From a virus (lineage: Duplodnaviria; Caudoviricetes), in IMG/VR virus record IMGVR_UViG_3300045996_001085, positions 1 to 50,970 of that record: 50,970 bases of DNA; one strand, given 5' to 3'. The position numbers were made by a program, and so were the translations under genes. Below are positions 36,745 through 46,513 of the stretch, piece after piece (the stretch's first letter is position 1; every line of letters starts with the position of its first letter). The notes under the pieces were generated by a model, which was not told the origin of the DNA, searched no databases, and saw only the letters and a program-made list of their open reading frames with translations.

Positions 36745-38855
36745 GGGCGACTCCGTGTTCATGGCATTTCGGGTTGTCACCCTGATGGCCGTAGCAGCTA
36801 CAAACAGGCTCTGCGGATGTTCCGCGGAATACCTGATCCCAATCGATTCGATGCGAAAGCGCTTCCTCGATTGTCTCGATTCTGGAGCGCAGCGCGTCCG
36901 TGTCGTCATCGTCATCTGCATACCGCAGATCGAGGACCAAGCCCGGATACAGGACCAGCAGCGCTTGTCTCAAGCGTTCGTAGTCCTGCCAACGCACATA
37001 CATTCCTTCGGCGTTCACTCTCACCTGACCATCGTGGCCACCGTGCGCGTGACAGCAGTAGGGACGGAACCGTTGTACGACCTGCTCCTTTGTCATGATT
37101 GCTTCCCCATCGCGGCGTCGATCGCGGCGTCGAGCGTTTCGCCGTTGTCAGCAATGAAGTTCTCGAACTTGAACGCGATGCCGGGGACCGGTGGAGATGT
37201 CGCATACCAGCGCCGCTGATGGCGCAGCCACCGATACCGGTCAGCATCCTTCACGGCTATCAGGCGCGCGTTCTCCTCGCGGCGCAGGGAGGCGCGCAAC
37301 TCGGTAGCCTCGGCGACAGCACCGCGAGACAGCGTGGTCATTGCCGCGAGCTCGCGCTCAAGCGTTCGGGCGAAGTCGGCAAACACGGCTTCCCGATGCG
37401 CGCGCCCGTTCGTGATGTTGAATGCAACCGCATCCGTCCGCGGCGCGTCGCTCGTCTCTGCGGGGACTTGAGCGTCGGTCATGACCGTAATTTCTCCCGG
37501 ATCAGTGCCATGCCTTCGTGATATTCGTCAGGGCCGCCGGCTCGATCCAGCAAGCCTTCGCGCCACTCGAACGCCGAGCGCCATGCATCTGCACGGCATG
37601 CCTCTATGTCCCAGCCCATGGAGCAGTTTCCTGCGAAGGCTGCTTTCGCCTTCTGATATTCGGCGATAGCGCTCCGCAGCTGCGCCAGCGTCACCGGATC
37701 TTTGGAGAGCGAAGTATCAGCGGCCATTCCTTTTCTCCTTTCTCTTTAGGTGGCGACCAAGCGGGCAGTCATCCTTGTGCTTGATGCCTTTGTTGAGCAC
37801 CCCCGCGCCGGACTCCCCGTAACAAATCTTGCAGCAGAAAAAGTCGCTTCCATGGACGCCGTAGCTGTCGCGGTACGTGAGTTCGTCCACGTAGAGCGTG
37901 ATCCGCTCGCGTGCGAACTTCTTCTCCGAGGTGGGCAGCTCGCTCATTGCTGCTCAACTTTTTTTAGCAGCGACCACCGCCCATTGCGGAAATCGCCGCG
38001 CGGATCGCATTGCCCCTCAGTACCGAAGCCATCGTTGCTGTGGATATCATCCAGCATCTGTTCCAGGCTTTCGGCGAACATCTCGGCGTCGTCGACGCTC
38101 TGTTCGGCGATCGATGTCATGCGCTTTAATACGGTTACAACGTTCTTTTGTACTTTGCTCATCGCCGTGGTCCTGTAGGTTTTGTCTCATCCATCAGTCG
38201 CTTTAGAGCCTTGAGCTTGTCGTCAAGGCGTATGCATTCCTTGAGGATCTCGATGTCCGAGGACGCAATCCGCCTGAGCTCGCTCCGCGAGCCTGGCGAC
38301 CAGCCTGATGTTCGATCGATCTCCATCCAGCTGCCGGGCTGGAAGCGATCATCAGAAGTGGGATGCTCGCTCATGTCGGCTCTCGCAAAGACTTCACATT
38401 CCCAAGTGCCGATTGCATGCGATGTAGCTCGTTCTTCTGCCACTGTATCGACTGTTCCAGTTGCGCGATCTTGGCGGCCCGCGCTTCCTCGAAGGAGTGG
38501 AAATAGTCAGCGCGCGATACGCGATCGAGCCTTGTCGAAGTCGGCACGTACTTCTTGTAGATGAACTGAGCGGTCACCTTGTAAACGGTTTCTGGCTCGA
38601 TCTTCGTGCCGTACTTGGAGATCTTCCACCAGGTTTGAGGGAAGTTCTCTTCGGGTGTGCGTTGCTCGGTCATTTGCGTCTCAAAATCATTAGCGGTGAT
38701 CTCGTTTCAAACTTGTCGAGCCTGGCGACTCGAAATGACTTCCCACTTTCCGCGCCGTACGCGTGGACATTCTTTCGATGGGTCTTCGGCGCATTCCAGA
38801 CCACATAGAAGCCGCCGATTTGTAGCGTGTAGAAAGGCCATTTCCGCTCGCTCAG
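36734..38855 (-). other. Run of small early ORFs (36734-37096, 37093-37482, 37479-37727, 37717-37947, 37944-38162, 38159-38374, 38371-38673, 38670-38855)
   Basis: Consecutive overlapping start/stop codons; 37093-37482 has KDADRYRWLR..LDAAIDAAM (Ead/Ea22-like). Confidence 0.6.
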
Positions 38856-39166
38856 GCTGCTTTCGCCATGTTGATAATCAAGTGCGGGGCATGCTTCAGG
38901 ATGTATGTCTGGGTCCGAATCATTCCTTCCAGGTGCCACGTCCGGACCAGTTCTTTGGCTAGGTGCGTGTATCGAGCGCGATCGACGCAGGCGTGACAGT
39001 TGAAACATCCGAACGCGATGAACCAGTCAGCCATCTTGAATGCTGTGCCGTGGTAATCCGCGAGCGGTACATGACAGGCAACGGTCTGTTCGTCGATAAA
39101 GCTGCAGATTTCAGGCGCACGGATCAGGCAGGGCTTCCCCTTGGCGTAGTCGGTGAGGGCGCTCAT
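38852..39166 (-). CDS. YbcO/DUF1364-like nuclease
   Basis: AKGKPCLIRAPEIC...TVACH...AFGCFNCH. Confidence 0.75.
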   Translation of the reverse strand: MSALTDYAKGKPCLIRAPEICSFIDEQTVACHVPLADYHGTAFKMADWFIAFGCFNCHACVDRARYTHLAKELVRTWHLEGMIRTQTYILKHAPHLIINMAKAA

Positions 39167-39654
39167 GCGGCCGCCTCTACTTGCCAGCGCTCGAGAGATT
39201 GCAGCATCCCGTCGCGTGCGTCGTGATCGTCGAACTCTGGGGCTGCTTTTTCTACCAGTACGTCTATGACCTTAGGCCAATACGCCGCCCATTCTTCTGG
39301 CGTCATACGTTCAAAGTCTGTCGATTTAGGTACTCGGATTGCGTAGTCGGTGCCACCAACAGGCAAGGTGTCATAAAGTCCGGTGCAGAGTTTCATCGCC
39401 GTATGCGCGTCCTCTTTGCAATGGATCCTCATGTACACGGGTTGTTTTCCTAGTCGATCAATCTCAATGCGCCGGCAGTGTTTGCCAACAAGCGTCATCG
39501 TCACCCAGTAGCGCCGGTGTTCGATTGGGTCTCGCACACCGATTGGTTTGAACGCCCTGCATTCGCCGTCACCCAGCCTCTCGATTATCTTTTGAGAGTC
39601 GTCATCAGTGGCGATGAGCGAGCCGCCGTTGCGAGCAAACCAGACGTTGTTCAT
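39163..39654 (-). CDS. DUF1367/NinB-like protein
   Basis: RDPIEHRRYW and PKSTDFERM motifs. Confidence 0.6.
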   Translation of the reverse strand: MNNVWFARNGGSLIATDDDSQKIIERLGDGECRAFKPIGVRDPIEHRRYWVTMTLVGKHCRRIEIDRLGKQPVYMRIHCKEDAHTAMKLCTGLYDTLPVGGTDYAIRVPKSTDFERMTPEEWAAYWPKVIDVLVEKAAPEFDDHDARDGMLQSLERWQVEAAA

Positions 39655-39821
39655 GGCGATGGATGCTTGTAGAAGAAATTGCGGCGACGAAGTTTTGCCG
39701 CATAACTTGGCGATAGCCCCAAGCTACGGGCCAAATGAGAGAACGGCATCCACGCTTGGATAGCTTTGAGTTTTTCCTCGGTGACTTTGCGAGGACCGCC
39801 GGCTAATCGCTTCGGGTTCAT
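39651..39821 (-). CDS. 56-aa HTH protein (not in ORF track)
   Basis: MNPKRLAGGPRKVTEEKL..FSHLARSLGLSPSYAAKLR; ATGA coupled at both ends. Confidence 0.55.
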   Translation of the reverse strand: MNPKRLAGGPRKVTEEKLKAIQAWMPFSHLARSLGLSPSYAAKLRRRNFFYKHPSP

Positions 39822-40315
39822 GTCCGGATCTCCAGTCGAGTGCCTTGGTCCAGGCGGCAGCCCTCAATCTCCCGCCCAGCTTTCAGCGCATTCTTGATTG
39901 CAGCCTTATCCGGATAGGGCGCTGGAGTTGGCGGTGTCACCATGAACTCGTCCGGAACCTTTGCGTCAGGCGCTATCACCACGGCCGGCGGGTTCTTCTT
40001 GATGGCCAAGGTGAACTCAGGCGCTTCGATCTTGGTGATCTCTGCGGCCTCCAGCATCGTCTGCACGTAGTGGCGCACCTGATCGGCACGGCGCTGCACT
40101 CGGAGCGCTCGATCCTTCATGCGCTTCGCCGCAAGGTCGATGTTCTGCGCGAACGTGTCGAGGTTTTGGCACAGCATGGCAACATTCGTGGCCTTTTCAG
40201 TCAGTTCGCCGCCGAGCGCTTCTAACGTGTCCCGGAGCACTTCCTCCGGGATCTCCTCAGCGTCGATCTGCTGCAGCTCGCGATACTGAGCGACAAGTTG
40301 ATAGAGAGCGGTCAT
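39818..40315 (-). CDS. Siphovirus Gp157 family protein
   Basis: LYQL..DTLEAL..IKKNPPAV..DKAAIKNALKAG.EIEG. Confidence 0.85.
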   Translation of the reverse strand: MTALYQLVAQYRELQQIDAEEIPEEVLRDTLEALGGELTEKATNVAMLCQNLDTFAQNIDLAAKRMKDRALRVQRRADQVRHYVQTMLEAAEITKIEAPEFTLAIKKNPPAVVIAPDAKVPDEFMVTPPTPAPYPDKAAIKNALKAGREIEGCRLDQGTRLEIRT

Positions 40316-40329
40316 GGCGCAACCTCATC

Positions 40330-40980
40330 TCAGAACGGAATATCGTCATCGAACGGCGGTGCTTCCTGTCCAGGCTGGTTCGGATGAGACTGCCGCGGCG
40401 ATGCTCCAGCGTTACGCTTGCGCGTATCCCGAACAGGATTGGCCATGATCATCCGGACAATGTTTTCAAGCTTTTCCGGCTTGGTCTTCTGGTCCAGAAT
40501 TTCGCTGGCCGTCAGTCCGGTGGAAGCTTCGAAAACCGCCACGATGTTTAATCGGTCAGTGTCTTCGCCGGTGTTCTGGTTGGTGCCAAGTTCACGCTGT
40601 AACACCAATCCAATCCGTTTGCCCATCAGTGCCGGGTAGCCGTCAGCAGTTGCTGCTACCATGCGGCGCTCATCGCTATCCCATTTCTCAAACGTGATCC
40701 TGCCGTCTTCGGCATTCTTGGTCCGAGTGCAGCACAGGATCGCCTGTACGATGCTGTAGCCGCGAAGCCTGTCGCCGTCTGGCTTGACCGTGTACAGGTC
40801 CAGGTAGTTTGCTGAGGCGTTGTCGTCAGTCTTGAACGAGAATCCGACCCCTTCGACTTTGTTCTTGCTCAGCAGTTTTTCGGCTCGTGTGATCGTTCCA
40901 ACGTACTTGCCAGTTTCGCGAATCACGGACGCGAAATTATCAGCCTTGCGGGCGTCGTTCGAATTGAGAGATAAGCTCAT
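40330..40980 (-). CDS. Single-stranded DNA-binding protein (DUF669-like)
   Basis: GKYVGTITRA; acidic tail PPFDDDIPF; follows Sak4. Confidence 0.7.
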   Translation of the reverse strand: MSLSLNSNDARKADNFASVIRETGKYVGTITRAEKLLSKNKVEGVGFSFKTDDNASANYLDLYTVKPDGDRLRGYSIVQAILCCTRTKNAEDGRITFEKWDSDERRMVAATADGYPALMGKRIGLVLQRELGTNQNTGEDTDRLNIVAVFEASTGLTASEILDQKTKPEKLENIVRMIMANPVRDTRKRNAGASPRQSHPNQPGQEAPPFDDDIPF

Positions 40981-40993
40981 AAGTTCCTCTGGT

Positions 40994-41635
40994 TTAAGCA
41001 GCTTGTGAAAGCTCGTAGTAAGAAGCGATGGCCTGGTCGACAGCCATCAAGTCGTTTGGAATGTGCTCATCCTCAAAGAGGCCGAGCGGAGTCTTTACCG
41101 TGTCCGCGCCGTTGTTCCTGGTGCTGAACACGTACTGGCCGTTGATGACGTGGGTGCGCAGAACGATCGTTACCAATCCTTCCACGGTGATCTTCTCGTC
41201 TAGAAGTTTCCCAATCGTCTTGGCCTTTGTTTGGCCGGTGTCGCTGGTGTCGGTGTGGGACAACAGATAGACGCGCTTATCCGCCGGCAACGTCATCGCT
41301 GTCGTGAGCACGTCGTAGTAGTGGCGCGCCATCTCGGTGAATTTCTCGTACCCCTTCTCGTGCGCGCGATCCATGAATTCGGTGGCGAGCAGGTACTGGA
41401 AGTCATCGACGAGGATGATTGGGCGCTGCGTCTTTCGCATGGCCGCGCAGATCTCTTGCGAGTTAGCAGACACGATGATGTTTCCGCCGTCCTTCACCGG
41501 CTTCCACGCCTTCGACTTGAAGGGCAGGGGCTTGCTGACGACTTGGATCAACAGCGTCTTGCTCGGGTCCATGTTCCGAAAACTGGTTGATTTTCCCGTA
41601 CCGCTCTGTCCAAGAACCAATGTGGCGATGCTCAT
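40994..41635 (-). CDS. Sak4-like AAA_24 ATPase (recombinase)
   Basis: Walker A GQSGTGKS, Walker B LVDDFQY, KTIGKLLDEK, KTPLGLF. Confidence 0.85.
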   Translation of the reverse strand: MSIATLVLGQSGTGKSTSFRNMDPSKTLLIQVVSKPLPFKSKAWKPVKDGGNIIVSANSQEICAAMRKTQRPIILVDDFQYLLATEFMDRAHEKGYEKFTEMARHYYDVLTTAMTLPADKRVYLLSHTDTSDTGQTKAKTIGKLLDEKITVEGLVTIVLRTHVINGQYVFSTRNNGADTVKTPLGLFEDEHIPNDLMAVDQAIASYYELSQAA

Positions 41636-41772
41636 AGCTCGTTAACTCCGATTGCTCTCGAAAATTCAGCTCTGCAAGTTGTCTGTCGTCGCTCATAGCG
41701 GTTACCCGCGGCGGGCAATGCCCGTGTTTGTTCCAATACGCCAGGTCGCGCTCCATCTTCTGGAGCAGCCGT

Positions 41773-42854
41773 TCAAGCCAATCGTCGTCTGGCGATGTCT
41801 CGTCGCGCACGGTCCATCCTCCACTTCGCCATGTTCACAACTGGATGGCCCGGGTTCTCGGCATGGAACCTTGCAATCGATGCCTCGGCGCGCTTGCCTT
41901 TCGAGCTCATAGCGATGCGGGCTCGCCACTGCCCATCAAATAAGCGGCACCAGTCAAAAAAGTGGTGGTTATTGAGAAAGCTCATAGCGGCAACCTCGCT
42001 GCAAGACAGGCTGCGATCTGGAATCCCAGCCAGAGGCAGAATGAAACGATGATCAGAGCCAGTCCGATCTTCCCGGCTGTGCTCATGACAATTTCTCGCG
42101 TATCAGTGCCATGCCTTCCTCTTCCTCGCGATCGATCGCGATCCAGTCGGTGAGGTGGGCGCCAACCTCTTCCGAAAGAGCGGCATGCCGTTTGATCAAA
42201 CTGACGTGCCACTCGAACGCCGTGCGCCATGCGTTCCGCTCAGCAACGGTCGCCCAGAGGTTTGTTTGGATGCTTTCACCCTCGGTATAGCGCTTGCGGG
42301 CGGCAGTAACCGAGCTGATCGCCTGCTTCAGATCTTCCAGCGTGGTCATGAGGCGAGCCTCCGAAACAGTGCGGCGTTCATCTCGAACACCTTGCGCAAG
42401 GCCGGTTGATCTGGAGCGCACAACGACGCGTTCTCCTCATTCATCGTCGCCATGAGTAGCGCCTCCATACGATCCTTCGCAGTGATCGTTTTCGGCTCCT
42501 CGCGGAACGTGTCATCGTTGGCTGCCATCACGGCGACACTCGCGTCAGGTGCTCGAACTCGTGCCGATCGATCTCACGCACGACCTGAGTTGATGTAGCT
42601 CCGTCATGGCGACGGAACACGACTAGGCCAGCTTTCCACGCGTCACACGCTTCGACATGGTCGTAATACGCTCGCCCGCCTCGCTCGTACTTCACCGTCC
42701 AGTAGCGGACGATAGGAGTGCCAGCCTCGACAGACCCGAGGCCGGCGTGGGGAACGTCCTTCTGGCCCTGCGATGTCATGCACGACTTACGGGCGGTGTC
42801 TGTGGACGTGGGGGAACGGTCAACGATGCTGAGCGTGTGGAGTAGGGTGTTCAT
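41773..42854 (-). other. Small early ORFs (41773-41985, 41982-42086, 42083-42349, 42346-42531, 42528-42854)
   Basis: Coupled start/stop codons. Confidence 0.5.
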
Positions 42855-43009
42855 TACGCTGCCTGCCTGCGAAGTAGAGCCGGTGTGTACGGGTCCATCA
42901 CCTCAGCCGGTGGCGGATCGGTTTGGATCGGCGTGCGATCGCCATCAGTTTCCCAGGCGAGCAGCTCGCGGAAATATTCGTTCGCTTCGCTATTGCTGTT
43001 GGCGACCAC
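42854..43009 (-). CDS. 51-aa protein ending PALLRRQAA (not in ORF track)
   Basis: GGAGA RBS, GTG start, TAATG coupling to next gene. Confidence 0.6.
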   Translation of the reverse strand: MVANSNSEANEYFRELLAWETDGDRTPIQTDPPPAEVMDPYTPALLRRQAA

Positions 43010-43024
43010 AATCTTTCTCCAGAG

Positions 43025-43582
43025 TTAGGCAGCTTTCTTCCAGCGTCGACGCGCTGTCGGTGCGTTCTGAGGGATAGCCGGCGTGTTCAGCGCCTCTTCC
43101 TCAGTCCAGCCGGCCTTCAAACGAAATCGGATTCGGCGACACAACTTGCAGGATCGACGCCAGCGGCCCTTGCCGGCATCGGTCATCAATGTGGTCTCGG
43201 GCGTGTACTCGTGACCACGGCGGCAATGCGTCTTGGAGCCGTTGGTGTGGCGCCCCTTAGCTGCACAGTCGCGGAGGTTGTCTTGCCAAGTACCAAGCCA
43301 ATGATGAGATTGCTCCAGGCAAAGTCGCTCATCACAGCGATGACAGACGGCGATGTCCTTCGCCAATTTCACGCCGTGCGTGATCTGCCAGAGCATGCGA
43401 TGACAGCGGACAGTCTTCGCGCGATAGTTCGTCTGCGGATAGCCATCGCTGTTTAGGTTCCCGCTCCAGATCAGGCAGCCGTTTTCGTTGCGCGTACATC
43501 GAGAAAGGACCTTCTCTATCCAACGCTGGTTGTACTCAGCGTCGCTCAGTCGGTGCCATCTAGTTTCGAGATACTTTTGCAT
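43025..43582 (-). CDS. HNH endonuclease
   Basis: GCLIWSG, VCHRCDERLCLEQSHHWLGTWQDN, KTHCRRGH. Confidence 0.85.
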   Translation of the reverse strand: MQKYLETRWHRLSDAEYNQRWIEKVLSRCTRNENGCLIWSGNLNSDGYPQTNYRAKTVRCHRMLWQITHGVKLAKDIAVCHRCDERLCLEQSHHWLGTWQDNLRDCAAKGRHTNGSKTHCRRGHEYTPETTLMTDAGKGRWRRSCKLCRRIRFRLKAGWTEEEALNTPAIPQNAPTARRRWKKAA

Positions 43583-43608
43583 GGAGCTTCGCAGTTCGTG
43601 TGGGCTGA

Positions 43609-43935
43609 TCAGCCAGCGCCGGACGTTCGCTGTTCAAGCCAGTTCTTGTCGAAGTCGGCCATTGCTTTAGCGGGCGTTTCGCCAAAGCCGGCGACGCCAT
43701 CGACGAGATTGGAGCCGTACAGTGCACACCACTGGCTTCCGTCCATCTCGATCGATGGGCGATAAAGGACCGAAGGGCGCTGCATCTCGGCGGCAGCGAT
43801 GCTGAAGTCCTGCCGGATCGCCTCGATGGCATACGAGGCGTCAAGGTGCGCGGCCTCGCGAATGATCGCTCCAACATCGCAGGAGCTAATGCGGCTGCGG
43901 ACGGCGTCGTAAACTGCTTGGTATGTGTCGCTCAT
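43609..43935 (-). CDS. Conserved phage hypothetical protein
   Basis: DGSQWCALYG..GVAGFGETPAKAMADF. Confidence 0.6.
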   Translation of the reverse strand: MSDTYQAVYDAVRSRISSCDVGAIIREAAHLDASYAIEAIRQDFSIAAAEMQRPSVLYRPSIEMDGSQWCALYGSNLVDGVAGFGETPAKAMADFDKNWLEQRTSGAG

Positions 43936-44320
43936 GTTCGTTCGCTCTCTGAGGGTGCGATGACCTACCAGCACCGGGCGGGGGAGCACCCCACGCCCGG
44001 AGTGGCGGCGGTATTTGGGGAAAGGCACTGCGAGCGGGTCGGGTGATCAGCACGTCTGCTGAGTCCGCAACTGTGCATAGCCTCTCGCAGAAGGCGTTTG
44101 CTCCATGGCTCTGCCCCGTGCTTCGTGTCCATACACATCACGGTTATTCCCCCTTTAGTGCGTCCGGTTGGGCCACGGGGTCTCTCACCCGTCACCCGAT
44201 AGTCGCGGTTACCCTTTCGACCTTCCCCGACAGCGGGTTCGCTGGGGCTGCACGCAAACCGAGGACGACGTGCAATCTCTATTGAACCTCGGTGAATTCT
44301 GTTCATGGTCAGTGCTCGCT

Positions 44321-45262
44321 CTAGGAGATGGTCTCGAACTCGCGCGCCTTCTCGAAGCTGACGCGGAACCCAGATGCGTTACGGTGTCCGCCGCCGCCGT
44401 ACTGCTTGGCGATCTCGGACACGTCCATTCCGTCGTCACGTGATCGAAGCGAGAACACGCGGCCGTCCGGCGTGTCCCAATAGCAACCAGCGAACGGCTC
44501 ATGCTCGGCGAGCTTGTGGCCCGCATCGCTGGTCAGCGTGTAGGGCAGGTTGGCAACCGGTACGTTGTGGCCGCCGATGTTCATGCGGCGAGTGACGACG
44601 CCTAACAGTTCCGCAATGTCCTTGTGATGCTTGCGCTCGATTGCGCGGCCTTCGGTGCGAAGGTCGTTGATTGGCCAGCGCATGAGGTTGTCCCAGATAT
44701 CGAAGTAGTAGGGATATGAGAAGACCGCCGCCTGGATCTCACGGGTGCCAGGCAGGGCAAAGCGCCAAAGGTCGCGATCTTCGACGTGATCGATCAACGC
44801 CGGGCGTTGCTCATCCCGGAAGAAGAAATCCCAGGTCAGGCCCGCACCGGACTTGTTCATATCGAACACGGTATAGATTCGCGGGCCGCCTTCGATGGAA
44901 TCGAGCGCTACGTTCTCCTGGAAGCGCCGCCAGTCGACGACGCCTGTGTAGGCACCCATGTCGATGACGTAACAGCCGTCCGCTTTCAGATCCTCCACCG
45001 CGCTCTTATGATGGTCTAGCACCAGCACCGCCGACGGCTGATGCAGTTCCATCCAGCGCAGCATCACGTCGCGCTTATAGGAGAAGTCGACGAAGATGAC
45101 GGCGCGGCCTTGAATCGTGACGCCCCCGTTCTCGATGGTCGGCGGTTCCTTCTGATACACGCCAGCATGGAAATCGACTTCGCCAGCGAAGAAGCGATTG
45201 ACGGCCCACGCCGCACCGAAGCCGTCTGCACAGTTACCGTGATAGATGCAAAGAGGTTTCAT
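44321..45262 (-). CDS. DHH/DHHA1 phosphoesterase
   Basis: YHGNCADG, VDF, LDHH, DRDLW, SLRS, GGGGH..ASG. Confidence 0.9.
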   Translation of the reverse strand: MKPLCIYHGNCADGFGAAWAVNRFFAGEVDFHAGVYQKEPPTIENGGVTIQGRAVIFVDFSYKRDVMLRWMELHQPSAVLVLDHHKSAVEDLKADGCYVIDMGAYTGVVDWRRFQENVALDSIEGGPRIYTVFDMNKSGAGLTWDFFFRDEQRPALIDHVEDRDLWRFALPGTREIQAAVFSYPYYFDIWDNLMRWPINDLRTEGRAIERKHHKDIAELLGVVTRRMNIGGHNVPVANLPYTLTSDAGHKLAEHEPFAGCYWDTPDGRVFSLRSRDDGMDVSEIAKQYGGGGHRNASGFRVSFEKAREFETIS

Positions 45263-45288
45263 AGACTTTCTCTTGATTTGTGAGAGGA

Positions 45289-45907
45289 CTACAGACTTCC
45301 GGTGTGCTGAGCGAGGCGCTTGATAGCGGCGCGCGCAGCGGCGGTGGCCTTCCGCTCAGTCGCAAAGGCTCCGTTATGTGACGCGTCCTTAACCACGCCC
45401 CACAAAGTCACGCGGTAGTCGAATCGCTCGACCCGGCCGGAATCACAGAGTGTGAATTCGCTTCGGGTCTCGATTTTGAAAGGAACAGTTGCTTTTACGA
45501 TTTGAGTGGCCATGTGCGTCATCCCACGATCTGTGTCTGTTACTTCTGCAACTTGAGCTCGGCATCGTCAGCTGCGAGGGCCAGCCGATTCGCGATGTCG
45601 CGTGCCTGCGCAATCGACAATCCAATGGCGATCTGGCCGTGGCCGATCAGCACGGCGCTGGTGTCGTCACCGTCGCGCGGTGGGAACGGCGAGGCGTTGA
45701 TGCGGAATTCTGATTTGGGGGTCATGGCTGCTTCTCGATGCGTTCGCGATAGGCCGGCATGGCTTTGTCAGCAAAGTCGGCCGACAGCTCCAGCAGGTAA
45801 TCCAGATTGGCTTTCCGCTTCGCAGGCCAGTTGAAAGAGCGCACAAAGGCGGCTCGCATGTCGGACCAGTGCTTGCGTTCGGCTGGGTTGAGGTACTTGC
45901 TCGGCAT
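45289..45907 (-). other. First small ORFs of the leftward operon (45289-45522, 45540-45725, 45722-45907)
   Basis: ORFs directly downstream of predicted PL. Confidence 0.5.
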
Positions 45908-45956
45908 GGGTCGTACACTACGGCCGGCCGTAACTCATGTCAACGGGGCGACGTAA
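45908..45956 (-). promoter_or_regulatory. PL promoter with operators
   Basis: TTGACA(45943-45938)-17 nt-TAGTGT; operator CTACGG-N4-CCGTAA at 45918-45933, degenerate copy at 45941-45956. Confidence 0.75.
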
Positions 45957-45973
45957 TTATTTTTAACGGGCAC

Positions 45974-45998
45974 AAAAAACCCGGCTCAAGGGCCGGGT
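45974..45998 (-). terminator. Terminator downstream of cI
   Basis: ACCCGGC-CCTTGA-GCCGGGT followed by a T-run on the minus strand. Confidence 0.75.
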
Positions 45999-46029
45999 GT
46001 TTCGGGATCGCCTATGTGCTGGTTGGGCG

Positions 46030-46437
46030 CTAGCCGGCCTTCTTGGCCTTTCGGCGCTCAGCCTCGATTTCGGCAAGGGCTTCGAGCAGCTTCGTCTCGG
46101 CGTAGCTGCGCTCTATGTTGTTGAGCTTTGACAGTTTGGATTGGGCGACGGCAGGGAAGGGCCAGTCCTGGGGCTCCGTGGGTGGCTCCTGGGCGAATTC
46201 GGCCTCGGGTTCGCCCTTGTCGGTCTCGAGGTAATACGGATTCAGCCGGAGCTTTGCCGCGATCAGGTGCAGCTTCTTGCTCTCTTGAGAGCGATCATTC
46301 TCAAGGTCCGCGAGACCGGAGTAGCTCATCCCGATGAGCTTCGCGAACTCCAGTCGCTTGAACTTTCGGTGCTCCCGCCACCAACGAATTCGGGGGCCAA
46401 GGGAGTCAAATTTCGGCAGTCCTGGTGGTCTCGGCAT
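46030..46437 (-). CDS. cI: CI-like repressor (HTH only)
   Basis: LGPRIRWWRE..LEFAKLIGMSYSGLADLEND; divergent from cro. Confidence 0.8.
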   Translation of the reverse strand: MPRPPGLPKFDSLGPRIRWWREHRKFKRLEFAKLIGMSYSGLADLENDRSQESKKLHLIAAKLRLNPYYLETDKGEPEAEFAQEPPTEPQDWPFPAVAQSKLSKLNNIERSYAETKLLEALAEIEAERRKAKKAG

Positions 46438-46447
46438 AACCACATTT

Positions 46448-46506
46448 TCACGGACTTCCGTAACGAGGGGCCGTTGTGTTGACTCTACGGGCGGCCGTAG
46501 TACACT
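46448..46506 (+). promoter_or_regulatory. PR promoter with operators
   Basis: TTGACT(46479)-16 nt-TACACT; CTACGG-N4-CCGTAG at 46485-46500; related sites at 46448-46463 and 46461-46476. Confidence 0.75.
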
Positions 46507-46513
46507 CGGGCCT

